DNA of 64,000 bases from Pavona decussata. Taxonomy: Eukaryota. The stretch covers positions 372,001 through 436,000 of the forward strand of contig CDRNST010000287.1 in assembly GCA_977016875.1 (NCBI GenBank), given 5' to 3'. The notes beneath the pieces are model-generated. The model saw nothing but the letters and a program-made list of their open reading frames with translations, did no database searches and had not been told where the DNA came from. Made by a program: the position numbers and the translations under genes. Positions 51,649 through 64,000 of the stretch are shown here, in pieces; the first letter of the stretch is position 1, and every line of letters starts with the position of its first letter.

Positions 51649-52630
51649 TAGGCTCGTATGTATCCAGATACAGCTGGTGTCTGACGGCAAGCTGTCCCCC
51701 ATCCAGGGGAAGAAGTACCCCCTGTTGCAGTCCAAGATTTTCAAGTACTGGGAGGACTACAACGCTGACGAGATTTCAGCCAGCCCCCTTCTAAAGCTGT
51801 GCAACTTCATCAACGGCCCTTCTGCCAGATGCTGAACCTAAAAACGGCTCCTTTAGGAGCCACCGGGCCCTGCGGGGGGCCACCAAATTCTTCAAAAGTG
51901 ATGACCAATACAAATTAGTGTGTTAATTGTGGTTTTTTTCAAAGTCCTTTTTCGTCTTATAGCCAAACACTTTATACGTTGAGAGACTTAATACATTCAA
52001 TTGTTTTGCGATTGGTTCGGCATTCAAATATAATCGAAACTGTACACAGCTTATTTGACCCGCAACGCACTGTTTGAAACCAAATTGGAATGAACTACCA
52101 AGCTCTTTCGGTCTACAGTTCGATTCTGTTCAAGTACCGAAGTGTTCGATTGTGTTCGAGTGTCTAAACGTCTGGGGTCAGTTCGAATATGTTCGATTGC
52201 CGAATGCAATCCAAATCAATCGAACGATTGGAGTACGATTACCGAGCGGTCGATTGGCTCCGCTGGGCTGCTTACACAAAAGCAATTAAGCAAGCGGTCA
52301 GTAAAGTTAAATTAGAGAAAGCTATGGTTTATTAGTTACATGCTTTACGAAAGCTTCAGCTCCAGCTAGCTAGTTTTCGATTTCTCACACTAAGCTTACA
52401 GTTTCTTGCTCTCGAGATTACAAGCACAACACAGCGAGTTTCGAAAATGCCGTCAGTAAGTTCCCTAGACATCGCTTCCGTAAAGGTCATAATATGCATA
52501 CAGACAAGCGAATCGATGAAGTTATAGTCCCAGAACAGCTATTTCTCCTTGACTTATCAGAGAAGACTTCGCTTGATGGCGAGTTGGCTGGTGGCAACAT
52601 GGTTTCGCGGTGGCGAGGTGACCAGATACC

Positions 52631-53395
52631 GTCTCTTTCCTTCCATGCTTTTCCTATTAATTCAAAAAGAAGAGCAGAGTGGATAGTTACAAAACCAGCA
52701 GAATATATGCGGCTGTGATCTGTTGCTTCATTTTTTATTCCCTAGTTCAGCAAAAGTCAACTTGATCAAGTAAACTTCAGGCTTTGTACATTAACTCTAG
52801 CTACCTTTCTTTTCATTTTCGTATAGATAAAACAAATACTGCTGTTTGCTCAGAGCCTTTTGAGAAAACTGATTATAGGACCTCATTGAGTGGATAATGG
52901 CGGCTATTGAAATGTACAGCACTAATCATCAAAATTGCCCATCCATTCGTGGCATCGATTCTTGATGAGATCTGCCATTTGGACAAGAATAAAATAAAAA
53001 GTAAGGATTCCTCACAGCTTGGCAGCTGGGAGAGGGCAGGTACTTCCTCTGATACCTGGTGGGTAATTATGGGACATCATAGTCAACGTTATACTTTTGT
53101 TATTGTTAATTTTTGAGTGTGTGTACTTTGTATTATGAGCATGCCTGTATGAGGGGTCCAACAATGTAAGTAGCAGTGATTTATGAGAAGGGACTTCCGA
53201 AGCAGCTGAGGGGCACTTAGCTGAACTGCGTTTTGGTAAGGCTAAAAGGCGGAATGGTGGTTGCCATTATAGTTATAATTCCCTGTAAACCATTGTTATC
53301 TCTCAGGTGACAATACACAAAACGGCAAAGGATTGCGCACTCCTATGGAAGTGATAAAGAGGAAGAACTGAATGAGGAGGAGACTAAGACAGACA
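52631..53395 (+). mobile_element. THAP/Kolobok-like transposase remnant, copy 1 of a duplicated ~750-bp block
   Basis: SFHAFPINSKRRAEW; SILDEICHLDK..LGSWERAGTSSDTWWVIMGHHSQ; collinear with 55678-56430. Confidence 0.75.
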
Positions 53396-53854
53396 GTAAC
53401 TGTAACCTTTCATTCTTGTAAGATTTCCAAAATTTACTCAAATCAGCTAAATACTCTTTCTGACAAATTATTAATGTGATAATGAATTCTTTGTTTTCAG
53501 TTAAAGATAAGCACCCAAGTTTGCTTAACTCAGAGAGAGTACAGGTTCAAAGTTGCACGTGACTTAGTATACAAACAGTCAAATTTCCCTTGACCGATGG
53601 CTGTCAATACTGCAGGAAACCACGCCACACAAAATTTTGGTTATAGTCATGGCACCCAACTTTTTGATTGTGCGGGCACATTTAATATCAGCAATTTGTA
53701 TGACTTAAAGGAAGTTAGAGCTTCTTTTCGAGAGAAACTCCAACAAACGTTTTAAGTGGTAGTTTCTATCACTGAAACTCAACTTTCTGGTGACCTGGTA
53801 AGCGGTCACCCTTGGGAATGGCTAAGCGACTGCTTAGTTTAGGTGCCCGTTTAA

Positions 53855-54240
53855 CCCTTTAAGACCCAATCGTACAAATTTGTACGATTTAACACGTGGT
53901 CTTCAAAATGTGGGCTTATTTCGACTGGCATTCTGGGATTGAAGTAAAAATCTTATTATTGGATACGTTGAAATGTCATGCCTCTTATCGAGTCAGTTCC
54001 TGGCGAATTCCTGTTCGCAAGGCACGGTTTTATTTCGATATTTTCTTGTCTGAATAATGCTCACGATTTAAAGACGGTGGCGCGGTATTTTACTTTGGAA
54101 GAGGTTCTGGAGAGAGTTGTAAATGATGAAGAAGTCAGTGATTTTGATGATGAAAGCGAGGAAGACTTACCAGAAGTGTCAGAAAGCGAAAACAATGGCG
54201 ATTCAAGTGAAGTGAGAGCGAATTCATCAAAATAGCGATG
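53855..54240 (+). mobile_element. piggyBac-like left end with acidic transposase N-terminus
   Basis: TTAA|CCCTTT terminus; ARYFTLEEVLERVVNDEEVSDFDDESEED. Confidence 0.6.
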
Positions 54241-54739
54241 GTTCTGGTAGGTTTGTGCTCAACATCAAGTTTCTCCTCACACGAGATAACACATAATTTA
54301 ATATTGGCGCTCTTGCCTATCACGACAGGGCACGCGACAGCATAATCAAGTAAAAAGTCACACTGTTTTAGTTTTTCTTCATGTAAGCAAGTTCAAGAAG
54401 TTAACTCAAAGTCAAGATTAAGTTTTAAGGTGTTGGGAGACAAGTTGAAGTTAATTAAAAGTCTGGAAACATCAGTACAAGAGACTGTTCTTTGCCAATC
54501 GCTGGAGTGACAACGCATTCTGCCTCTGAATTTCTCAGATTTTTCACAGGCAAAAAATCTGATGTGTGCTCTGTGCATACGTACAATTATAATGCACGCC
54601 CCATACGTAAGCTTCGTGCATTGTGGAGCGGGATCTAACGTGATGGATATCATTAATAATTTCCTTGTTATTTGGTTGTTTTTCCGCTTTTTTGTAAAGT
54701 TCACTGATTTGATTTTGGAAGTGAATTTCTGTAGATTTT

Positions 54740-55640
54740 CTTTTCTTTATTTATATCCATCCAAATTAAATCCCATTTGGGGGTTAAGTCCTCAACCTCA
54801 TTATATTTTTGTCTAAAGTTGGGATTTTCTCCACGCAAACTGGAGACATAGGTTTCATCTTTAAGAAGCGATTGGTTAAACTTCCAGAACCCAGGACCTT
54901 TTTTATGCTTCATTTCAACGGATTTTAAGTATATCAGTATTGCCGAATGATCTGTCTCGGGTGCGTTTACGATTTTACACGTGTCGGTTAAATCATTCAG
55001 TTTCTTAGAAATTAGGAAAAAGTCAAGGCGGCATTGAATATTAAATGATTTGTTTCTCCAAGTAAATTCCTCTGTATCTGGGTTAAGAGAACGCCAAATG
55101 TCGTTTAGGTGGTACAGATTGCATAGTTTGTTAATTTCTTTGACTACCTTATGTTTTCGGTTGCTTGGATTACCTCCCCTTTTTGTCTTTTTCTGATAAT
55201 GTGCAATTAAAATCGCCACCTATTATAATTGTTTCTTCAGAAAATTCTTGGAGTTGTTCTTGAAGCTCTTTGAAAAAGGAGACTTGTTGATTTATGTCGT
55301 TTGGAGCGTAGATGTTGACAAGTACAATTCGAGTGTCCGCGAGCGCTATATCTAATATAATATACCTCCCATTTTGTCACAGATTTTCTTCTCAACTTTG
55401 CATTTTATTTTAGGATTGATAACAATCATGGTACCCTTACTATGATTTCTGCCGTGGCTAAAAAAACACCTCGCCGCCCCATTCCGCTTGCCAAACGTTT
55501 GCGCATTCTTTTGAGCTATGGGTTTCTTGTAAGAAAGCAAAAGAACACTTTTGAAGATGTCGGCACCTGAAGACGGTACGACACTTTAGTGATTTGTTTA
55601 AGCCTCTAATGTTCACTGACAGACATTTGGTATCAATGGG
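54740..55640 (-). mobile_element. L1/Tx1-clade LINE ORF2 apurinic endonuclease fragment
   Basis: SVNIRGL, FLQETH, EWGG..SHG..SKG, VNIYAPN, GGDFN, DIWR..P..FTW, RLDFFLIS, TDHSAI, GPGFWKFNQSLL. Confidence 0.9.
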
Positions 55641-55677
55641 ATTATTCATAAAAGAGCTGTCAGAGTTGTCATAATTT

Positions 55678-56430
55678 CCTTCCATGCTTTTCCTATTAAT
55701 TCAAAAAGAAGAGCAGAGTGGATAGTTACAAAACCAACAGGATATATGTGGCTGTGATCTGTTGCTACATTTTTTATTCCCTAGTTCAGCAAAAGTCAAC
55801 TTGATCAAGTAAACTTCAGGTACTTAAACTCTAGCTGCCTTTCTTTTTATTTTTGTATAGATAAAACAAATACTGCTGTTTGCCCAGAGCATTTTAAGAA
55901 AACTGATTATAGGACCTCATTGAGTGGATAATGGCGGCTATTAAAATGCACAGCACTAATCATCAAAGTTGCCCATCCATTCATGAAATCGATTCTTGAT
56001 GAGATTTGCCATTTGGACAAGAATGAAATGAAAAGTAAGGATTCCTTACAGCTTGGCAGCTGGGAGAGGGCAGTTACTATCTCTGATACCTGGTAGCTAA
56101 TTATGGGACATCATAGTCAACATTATACTTTTGCTATTGTTAATTTTTGAGTGGGTGTACATTGTATAACGAGCATGCCTGTATGAGAGGTCCAACAATG
56201 TAAGTGACTTATGAGAAGGGACTGAGCTGAGGGGCATATGGGCATTTGTGTTTTGGTTAGGCTAAAAGGGGGAATGGTGGTTGCCATTATAGTTATAATT
56301 CCTTTTTGACCATTCCTTTAAGGTATAACACCATTGTTATCTCTCAGGTGACAGTACACAAAACGGCAAAGGATTGCGCACTCCTATGAAAGCAATAAAG
56401 AGGAAGAACTGAATGACGAAGAGACTAAGA
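55678..56430 (+). mobile_element. THAP/Kolobok-like transposase remnant, copy 2
   Basis: High nucleotide identity to 52631-53395. Confidence 0.75.
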
Positions 56431-57399
56431 AAAAGTTAATGTTTTACTAAAATGTAGTTGGCACAGCAAACTATGCATCGGGATATAAAAAATAAGAGTG
56501 TCATTTGTTTCCATACTGAATGAGGTGGAACTGTAATTGCTTGTAGCATCTGAGACTGATACAAACTTAATTAGATTTCCCTGTCTCTATAGATGCTGAG
56601 AGAAATGAAAACATGGAGCGTAAGTTATATTTATAAAATAATACAACAAGGATCATTGGTTGTCTATTACTAACATTTTATTTAGAAACTTTGTAATTTA
56701 AAGGAATAAGAATAGAGTAACCTCAACTAAACTTCTGTATAATTTACCTTGTATGAAATTAAGATGACGCTTCTCGGGTTTTTAAATATTGAAAATTTTT
56801 TGGTCAAAGCCATACATTAATGAAGTAGTTAGAAATTTAAAACCATTGTACATTGGCGAGTGTTTTCCACTTTTCTCATGCATTTAAAAAAGAAATTGTG
56901 AAAAAGAAACGTCCACTGTAATTATTATTGGGTAGTTCAAGTCCATGCATTACACTGCAATATAACATGTGCCCTGTACCAGTCAGGCTTTATTGAGAAT
57001 GAGTTATGTCCATGTGATTGAATGATACAATACATGACCTAAATAAATGAATCTTTCTTTTGCTATCAGTCTTACATGTAGAAGAAGCGGCAGGTCTAGC
57101 CAGCAGAGGTGATGGTAAGTTATTTATAACAGAAGATAGATGAATGGTGTTGTGAACATGTTTTGACATTAGGGAATTGTATAAGATAACTAGTCCCTTT
57201 CACTTCAGCTACTATCAGTAGCAATTAAGTCACGTTTTAAAAGTTATTTCAGCACAATTTGCGCATTTAGTCATAATTACTATTGAATTCCTCATTTGCA
57301 AGACATTAGTTTCTTAGCTGACAGAACAAAGATTGCAATGTTATACATTTTACTGTCATAAAATACCTATAGAAATATTAGAGTATGAGAAAAATATTA

Positions 57400-57482
57400 C
57401 AGTAGAACCCCGGTAACTCGAACTCTGAAGGAAATCGAAAAACTGTTCGAGTTATCGGGGTTTCGAGTTATTGGGCTCGATT
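57400..57482. mobile_element. pogo-like terminus (TA|CAGTAGAACCCCGGTAACTCGAAC)
   Basis: Related to the TA-TSD MITE TIRs at 2175 and 33651. Confidence 0.55.
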
Positions 57483-57849
57483 AAAATGTTCAATTTTCCA
57501 GGTTAGTAATTAATAGTTCATTGATTTTCAGTACTTTGGTATACAATACAGTGCAAATGAAACTTATTTCACGAGAAACAAATACATTTTGCAACAATCG
57601 TAACAATTATGCATTCTTTCGACAATGCAATACTGTGAATGTAACTTAGTTTATTTAATACACTCAATTTATGTTCCCTTTTGCGTCGTCCAATCTTTGT
57701 TCTAGTGTAGGACTACCAATCGGGTGCTGCACCAGGTGAAAAAGGCCTGTGTTTTGCTGATCAGTGAAAAAATATACATGCCTGCGAGGAAAGTAAAGCT
57801 AAGCGTTTAGACCACGAAATGTTCCCTGAAGAGGAGTTTGGGCACTTTA

Positions 57850-58680
57850 TAGACCAGGGATCATCTCACTTTCCTCGAGAAAATCAACGAAAGAGGCAAA
57901 AAAACAAAAAGGGAAACCAAAAAAGCAATCGTCGCAGACCAATGTTGCTATACTTTCCACTCAAGAGTATCGTAGTAACCCTTCCTCATCGCAAATTCCC
58001 ATGTCAAATATCTCAACTGCGAAAGCACCATGTGGCAGCTTCTTACAGGCCACACCTTCAAGTAGTGGATGGCTCTCTGCTGCATACAATGCACCAATTG
58101 GCAGTTTCCTTCACTCCACTTCAGCTACTACACCATCTTTCCCAAGTATCAGCTTCTCAAGTTCTCCTTACGGCCCACTACTGCCAGGACTGGTCGCCTT
58201 GCATCAGATAGGAGGAATCATGCAACAGAGCGATTTCATTCACTCGTCATGCAACAGTCTTGTAGGCTATCTCACTCAGTCTATGCCTAGAGGAAGCTCG
58301 ATTTTGCCCTTAGGAGCACTGCATCAGGGATTTGCTTTGCAGCATCAAACAACCTCAGTAGTTCCACAGCATGCTGATGGTACATTTGCAACGTGGCATT
58401 CAGGTATGTTGCCACACAAATATGAGGTGGTAGTCCTTAAGCCTGCTGTTAAAAATTGCTACGGATGTGGAAGTTCGTTTGTTGATATATACAGGAGAGC
58501 TCTGTTCAACCTAGTCGTGAAACAAGTAAACAGGAGAGTTACCGGAAAGGACGATACAGTAGGGACTTTTCCAATACCTATTACCTCCTGATGAAAAACC
58601 ACATTCAATGAAAAAATCCTGACTTCACAGGAATTGTGTACATGTCTACCGACTTGTACCTTACGGGTTTGGATGTACCT
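57850..58680 (+). pseudogene. TE-associated protein C-terminus with Cys-finger (CYGCG)
   Basis: Basic and S/P-rich linker, then YEVVVLKPAVKNCYGCG..NLVVK..RR; family not identified. Confidence 0.4.
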
Positions 58681-59319
58681 TGGTGCAATCTTGTGACCTA
58701 CAGTTACTAATCTAGTAGAACCTTTCAATGACATTTCTTATTCTTTTTTTGTTTTTTTTTTACTGGTGTTAACGATGATTTTTTTAACACTAGTTTTCTT
58801 CGGTTATTCAGTAAAACACCTGTGATGATATATTTTCTGGTTAGTTTCGTGATATTTTAAGATCTACTGTAGCTCTGCCATTGATTTTGGTCCTATGTCT
58901 AAACTTTGTTCCAATTACTTACTGTGACTGAAGAAGCCCATTCCTTACACCCCTTGGGCTTCCTCACCATTAGTGTCTAAAACATAATAATTTGCATTTG
59001 TACACTTTCTTTTATGGAAAAACAATAAACTGATCTGAAATGAAAAAAAATTTTCTTTTTTACCTTTTCTTTGCAACCAGACCTCCTGGTCATATTATAT
59101 TGTATGTATTTTGTGAACTTTTTGCATAAATTATGCTGATTTATGACAATTATAACTTTTATGAATCATTGTGAGCTCCTTTGGAGACAAAATTGTTTTT
59201 CCTGTAAAGCCTCATCATTGCTGATTAAAATGATGTATAACTTTCTACTCTCCTATAAATAGTTTTTGAAATATCAATATATTATACAGACAAGCTCGAT
59301 CAAAAAGCTATTGAAATTT

Positions 59320-59675
59320 ACTTGGACCTTAAAAAACCCTTTGACCCCATCAAGTGGAAGTACCTCTAAGAAGTGCTTCGACTTTTCAACTTTGGCCCGG
59401 AAATTCAAGACTGGTTCAAAATATTCTACAACAACTATTTCAACCTACATCAGGGAGTCAGACAGGGTTGCCCGTAACTTGTATGTTGTATGATGTAACT
59501 TGTAATTATTCATAAGAAGTCATGGCATTAGTTTTGTATGTAGTGTAGATATTGTATGTATAGTTAATAAGTGTGGTCAACAATGTAGGTATTATAAGTA
59601 TTGTACGTAGTGTAAGTAGTGTTCAGTACTGTAAAACTGAGTCATGTGAGACAAAAATTGTTATAAAAAAAAAAT
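59320..59675 (+). mobile_element. L1/Tx1 RT fragment joined to 3' UTR and poly(A)
   Basis: LDLKKPFDPIKWKYL*EVLRLFNFGPEIQDWFKIFY; A-tail at ~59664-59674. Confidence 0.65.
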
Positions 59676-59708
59676 CAGCTAATAAATTGGACTAAATTAT
59701 GGTGGCCG

Positions 59709-59889
59709 ACAGTGGCCATTGAAAGTGAAAAGTCAAAATCAAAAGTTGATTTTGCGAATTACAAAGTCAAAAGTCTGAGTGGAAAAATACTTAATCTAAG
59801 TCAGAAAGTCAGACTATTTATCGAAAGTGAAAAGTCAAAATGAAAAGTCCATTTAGTGATTTTAACTTTTCACTTTCAATGTCTACTGA
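59709..59889. mobile_element. MITE with internal (TCAAAAG)-like repeats
   Basis: CAGTGGCCATTGAAAGTGAAAAGT vs ACTTTTCACTTTCAATGTCTACTG inverted ends. Confidence 0.7.
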
Positions 59890-60869
59890 AGCAAATAAAT
59901 TAGCACTGTGGTTTGTTTTTAGGGATAAGTCCACACCATACAAAGACTTAGCAAAAAAATAACTCTCCGCCAACAATGATTGGTGAACTATACCTTTAAG
60001 ATCTTAAACATCAATTTTGGACGAGTCAGCTTGCATGACTTGGCAGAGGTAAGGTATTTCCCATAGCAAAATTCTGGATTTGACCACTTATGGTATAACG
60101 TCATGGAGATTTGTGGCATCCAAATTGTAGAACTTACCACCTAACGAATCAAGGAGGATCAAAACCTACAAAACATTTAACAATGTAAAAACTCCACATC
60201 TCTTGGGGCTATGACCGTATTTGAGATTAATTTTAATAATTTCATGTACCACAATTTGTAAATTCGTTTGAAATTTTTCTATTGTTTGCTACTATCATTC
60301 AGTTTTCCAACATGGTACAATGTAAGTTTATGGAGCAAGACTCGTGTAGTTTTAAATAATTTTTAATGTTTGAAATTATAATTTGTTGTTCATAGCATAT
60401 CAGCAAACTAACTTACAGCTGTTGCTTCTACAGCTGCAATTGAGCTAAGTGTACAGACCACGTTACATAACGGATTCACTGATTGACTATTAAATCCTCC
60501 ATTTGTGTGATACTCATACAAAATAAAAAAGAAACAAAGAAAGAACATGAAAAGAAAAGATCAATTACTTGTGTAGCCGCGGCTTACTTTTTGTGTTCTA
60601 ACAGAATCTACTCAAAATTTTTGCAAACAAAGCAAGCAAATACAAGAAATCCATTTGTGTGGGATAAGGCGGACAACATGAAGACTGTCACAAGCATTGT
60701 AGTGAAGTAGACTACTCAATAACATTTTTTTGACGTGTTGAAACAGGATACAGTCAAGCCTGTGTTAAGCGGTCACCCTCGGGAATGGCTAAGCGACTGC
60801 TTAGTTTAGGTGACTGTTTAATAGGGGTCAAAATTACAGTTAGTAAGGAGGGATGTAATTTTCGGGACT

Positions 60870-61738
60870 TTGTCAATAAGGAAAACTTGTGGCAGCTGTA
60901 AGATTTTCGTTCCATCAACACAAGACAATAATGAAAAAAAGATTTGGGTTGAAACAAGTACCACACCCTCTAAATACAATGGCTACCTTTCCAGGGTGGT
61001 TGCACCCTGGTTTACTGACAACAATATCAATGAGGCATATGTTGTCCCACACAGCCACGTTGATGCACCAGCTAGCACAATTCCAGTAGGTCGCCCACAT
61101 ACCACAGCAAATCATGTCACTTCTAACCAACTGGTATCCACTTTAGTCACAGCTGATCAGACCACTTCTAATCCATGCTGATGAACCTAGTTCAACTGCA
61201 ACCAACCAAGCCAGTTCTGAACAATCACCAACTGTTGATCAGGCAAGTTCTGAGGAACCAGCAGCTGCTCCCGACAACGCCATGGCTGATCAGGCCACTG
61301 TTTAGCAACCATTAGCTACTGCGGACAAAGCCAGCACTGATTGGGCCAGTTTTAAGAAACCACCAACCATTTAAGTCAAAGTCAAAGTTGATCAGGCCAG
61401 TTCTCACCAGACACCAGCCTGTCCTGTCCAAAACACTGACCAGGTCATTGGTGAGGAAGAGACCACGGCCAATGAATGCTCCTGTAAAGAATAAAAGATA
61501 CAAATGCAATTATTGCCACTCTGTCTTTTCACATAATTCCTCTTTAAAAAGGCATTTAGGGCAGTGTCACCCAAACAAAAGAATAAAACTCGATGGACCT
61601 TGTCGATGCCAGAACTGTCGCATTCCAGTGTCACAAAATATTAGATCTGTTAATAAATGCCTGAGATGCATAGCCGATAGTTTGCAACTAAGACAGTGTA
61701 TCTGGACAATGCAGGTTAGACGCAACATCAAACTATAA
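60870..61738 (+). pseudogene. Low-complexity peptide repeats + C2H2 zinc finger remnant
   Basis: Repeated (A/V)DQ(A/T)S/T units with in-frame stops; YKCNYCHSVFSHNSSLKRHLGQCH. Confidence 0.6.
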
Positions 61739-62249
61739 CCACATTTACACTGTTTACTTCATATGAAATCCTACGACAGAAATTCAAAAATTAAAAAGGT
61801 GGCAAGCAAAGCTTCCAAAGAATGGGTCAGTTTTTCCTGGTACTTCAGTTAATTTACAGATTGCATTTGGACAAAAGATTCCTTAAACAAGGAACTAGCT
61901 GCACCTTAGATTCTTGTTCTTTGAAATTCCAAAAGTAACTAAGCATTTGTATTTGTCCAATGGTCTATTTACAGGAAGGGGTTTTCAGGCAAATGGGGAG
62001 GGCAGGGGTTACTAGGGCATCCTTCACAGCACTTGTTCCTCTGCTGTTCCTGTAATGAGTTAATCTTTACTCCATCTACTTATACACTATTAGTCAATTG
62101 TATCAGATGCCTTTCAATTTCAATCGTCTCTTTGTTTCACTGTTCTTAGAAATTGAGGAATGGAAGCAAAAGCTGGAGGAAGATTAAAAGTGTTCCTTTA
62201 TCGAAACCACGGGTTATAAGGGAAACACCCAATACTACCGGTGTAACCA

Positions 62250-63125
62250 GGGGTCAATTCAATAAAACTTTTACACTTGTAATCTACAAGTCGGAGCATT
62301 GTATTTACAAGCGCAGCCGGAGACGAGTTTAATAAAAATCGGTACAAGTCCAGGTTACAAATGTCTGACTTGTAATCACAGGTGTAGCGCTACACGTGTA
62401 AAATGTGGTAAGAATCCAATTTAATAAAACTTTTACAAGAGTCCGACTTGTATTTTTACAAGAGTCCAACTTGTAAATCACAAGTGCAAAATACAAGTCG
62501 CATGTCACTTGTAAACACACTGAGTAAGACTTCAGAAAAACAAATTGTAGTGTAAAAACATGTCGTCTTCGAGAGAAAAGGAACTCGACGAGCTCCTGAG
62601 ACGTCAGATACTCCGTCGACCTAGGAAGTTTGAGGAAAGACGGCTGTTTGAGGTCCAAAAATCCAAGGGAATTTCGAGAGAAGTTTCGTCTCCCTGTCGA
62701 CGCCTTCGGCCATGTTTTGGAATTAATAGTCCCGCGTTTGGAACAGAACGAGATGTAACCAAGCACTAACGGCAAGACAGCAACTTTCTCCACATCCTTG
62801 TAAAAATTCCTTCTATCACGTAATGCACTCTTGTCGTGGTATCTCCACATCAACAGTGTAGAATATCATTCATCGCGTTCTATGGCGTTCTTAAGAAAAG
62901 GTTCTATGCTCTACAGAAGGGAACGATAGTGAGAAACATGAAAAGAGCTGCCAAGCTTATCAAGTGCATGTGCTGTTATACTGCACAACCTCTGCATTCT
63001 GTTTAGTGATAACGGTGATGATCCACTTGACGATGCAGATCTCGACATTGACGTCGATGAGCTAGATATCGACAACAAAGGAACAAGAGGACAGACAACA
63101 GCAGTTGCTGCAGCACTTCCTATGA
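62250..63125 (+). mobile_element. PIF/Harbinger element 5' end and internally deleted HARBI1-like transposase
   Basis: CAG|GGGTCAATTCAATAAAAC terminus with TTACAAG/CTTGTAA repeats; EFREKFRLPVDAFGHVLELI; LKKRFYAL..ACAVILHNLCI. Confidence 0.75.
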
Positions 63126-63524
63126 GTGCGAAAAATAATACCAATGACACTTCAAAACTTAAACTGTTTCAATATCATCAAAAGAGAACAGTCCACGACA
63201 AAATACGCCATATTTTTTGGAAGGGCCAAATTGATATGTCATTTGTTACTCAGTGTCGATATTCATTACATGTATTGTGCAAAAAGTGCACATCTACCTT
63301 ACTAGGAAAAGAAAAAGAAACTGTAGGTCACAATTATGCTAGTTAATTGGTAACAATGGTCTTATTTTAAAGATAAGTGCAAAAACCTTTCACAGGTTGC
63401 AATTTACAGTTTTTCCACTCAATATTCAAAGTATTATAATATAAATGTAATAAGTTCAGCAACTGTCCAAACGATTACTGATATCGTCTTGTTAAATGCC
63501 ATGGGCGCTGTTTAATAAAATTAT

Positions 63525-63840
63525 TTAATTGTCAAGATCTTTTCTGAGCCTTTTTATCTCCAATCTCAGCTCGATATTTTCCAGTTGGAGTTTTCTTTTT
63601 CTAAGGCGCAGTATGTCGTCTTCTAGATCTGCTGCCTTGTTATGTGCAGTTGATGATATCCCCTTGGCCTTTCTAACTGATGGCAGAGCCTCACGTCTGA
63701 TTTTTCTTTGCCTTTTGTTTTTAAGACTGCCTGCTTGGGTAGCATTTTTGGTGAGCCGCCCCTGCCATTGCCAGTTTCAGCGGTAAAAACTTTCACTTCA
63801 CTGACGCGTTGCCGTCTTCGTCACTGTCGACGAAAATGGC
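63525..63840 (-). pseudogene. Coiled-coil C-terminus of probable Harbinger Myb/SANT accessory gene
   Basis: ..AADLEDDILRLRKRKLQLENIELRLEIKRLRKDLDN*, convergent with the HARBI1-like ORF; the Myb domain itself is not in the window. Confidence 0.45.
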
Positions 63841-64000
63841 GCTAAAACTATCATTTTGTGGTCCCTCACAAGCTGGGCTAAAAGTAACTTTTGTTTCTTG
63901 GATAACATACTCAACAATGGTCTCAAGAACATATAACTGAGAACGAAGGAAGGAGAACCGCATATATATTGAAGGGACAGAAGAGATATTTAAATTTTAC

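Larger units (their letters stand above)
49011..51836 (+). pseudogene. MULE/Mutator-like transposase C-terminal exon split by an insertion
   Basis: VQELGLEPAY..KLMALPFFP..YVGNNWV..RANNDIEG*HHSFN..LLHQEA, the insertion, then RLVCIQIQLVSDGKL..KIFKYWEDY..FINGP; the frame rejoins as GAA GCT AGG CTC. Confidence 0.85.

Noticed and set aside
1-64000. Most 60-120 aa ORFs in the supplied track; tRNA/rRNA genes
   Set aside because: The ORFs are antisense or alternate frames of TE remnants, or chance ORFs from non-ATG starts; no tRNA or rRNA signature was seen by eye.

Overview
This is AT-rich eukaryotic DNA with GT-AG introns, and no intact host gene is recognisable. The repeat repertoire resembles an invertebrate, most likely a cnidarian or stony coral (inference from motif recall). 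The window is an almost continuous mosaic of decayed, nested transposon fragments. DNA transposon pieces include two intron-containing Sola-like/DUF7869 DDE pseudogenes, Tc1/IS630-like, PIF/Harbinger, Kolobok-like, KolobokP (THAP-DDE plus a convergent P2X7-ballast-like gene), MULE and piggyBac. Retroelement pieces include Penelope-like, L2/CR1-group and Tx1/L1, and there are many MITEs. Cargo-like pseudogenes carry CCHC+YqaJ nuclease, chromo, SET, BEN, RING, Tudor-like, SGNH, GPCR and SF3-helicase motifs. The most notable structures are: (i) a 2.3-kb composite element (49357-51648) bounded by two ~98% identical 276-bp direct repeats with a TA target duplication, which splits a MULE transposase and carries an SF3 helicase fragment; (ii) a strong + strand bias of coding fragments, suggestive of a uni-strand piRNA-cluster-like locus; (iii) a Penelope insertion with twin-priming geometry; (iv) a Sola1-type element with 21-bp phased subterminal motifs. 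All family assignments come from reading motifs by eye; no database search was run.
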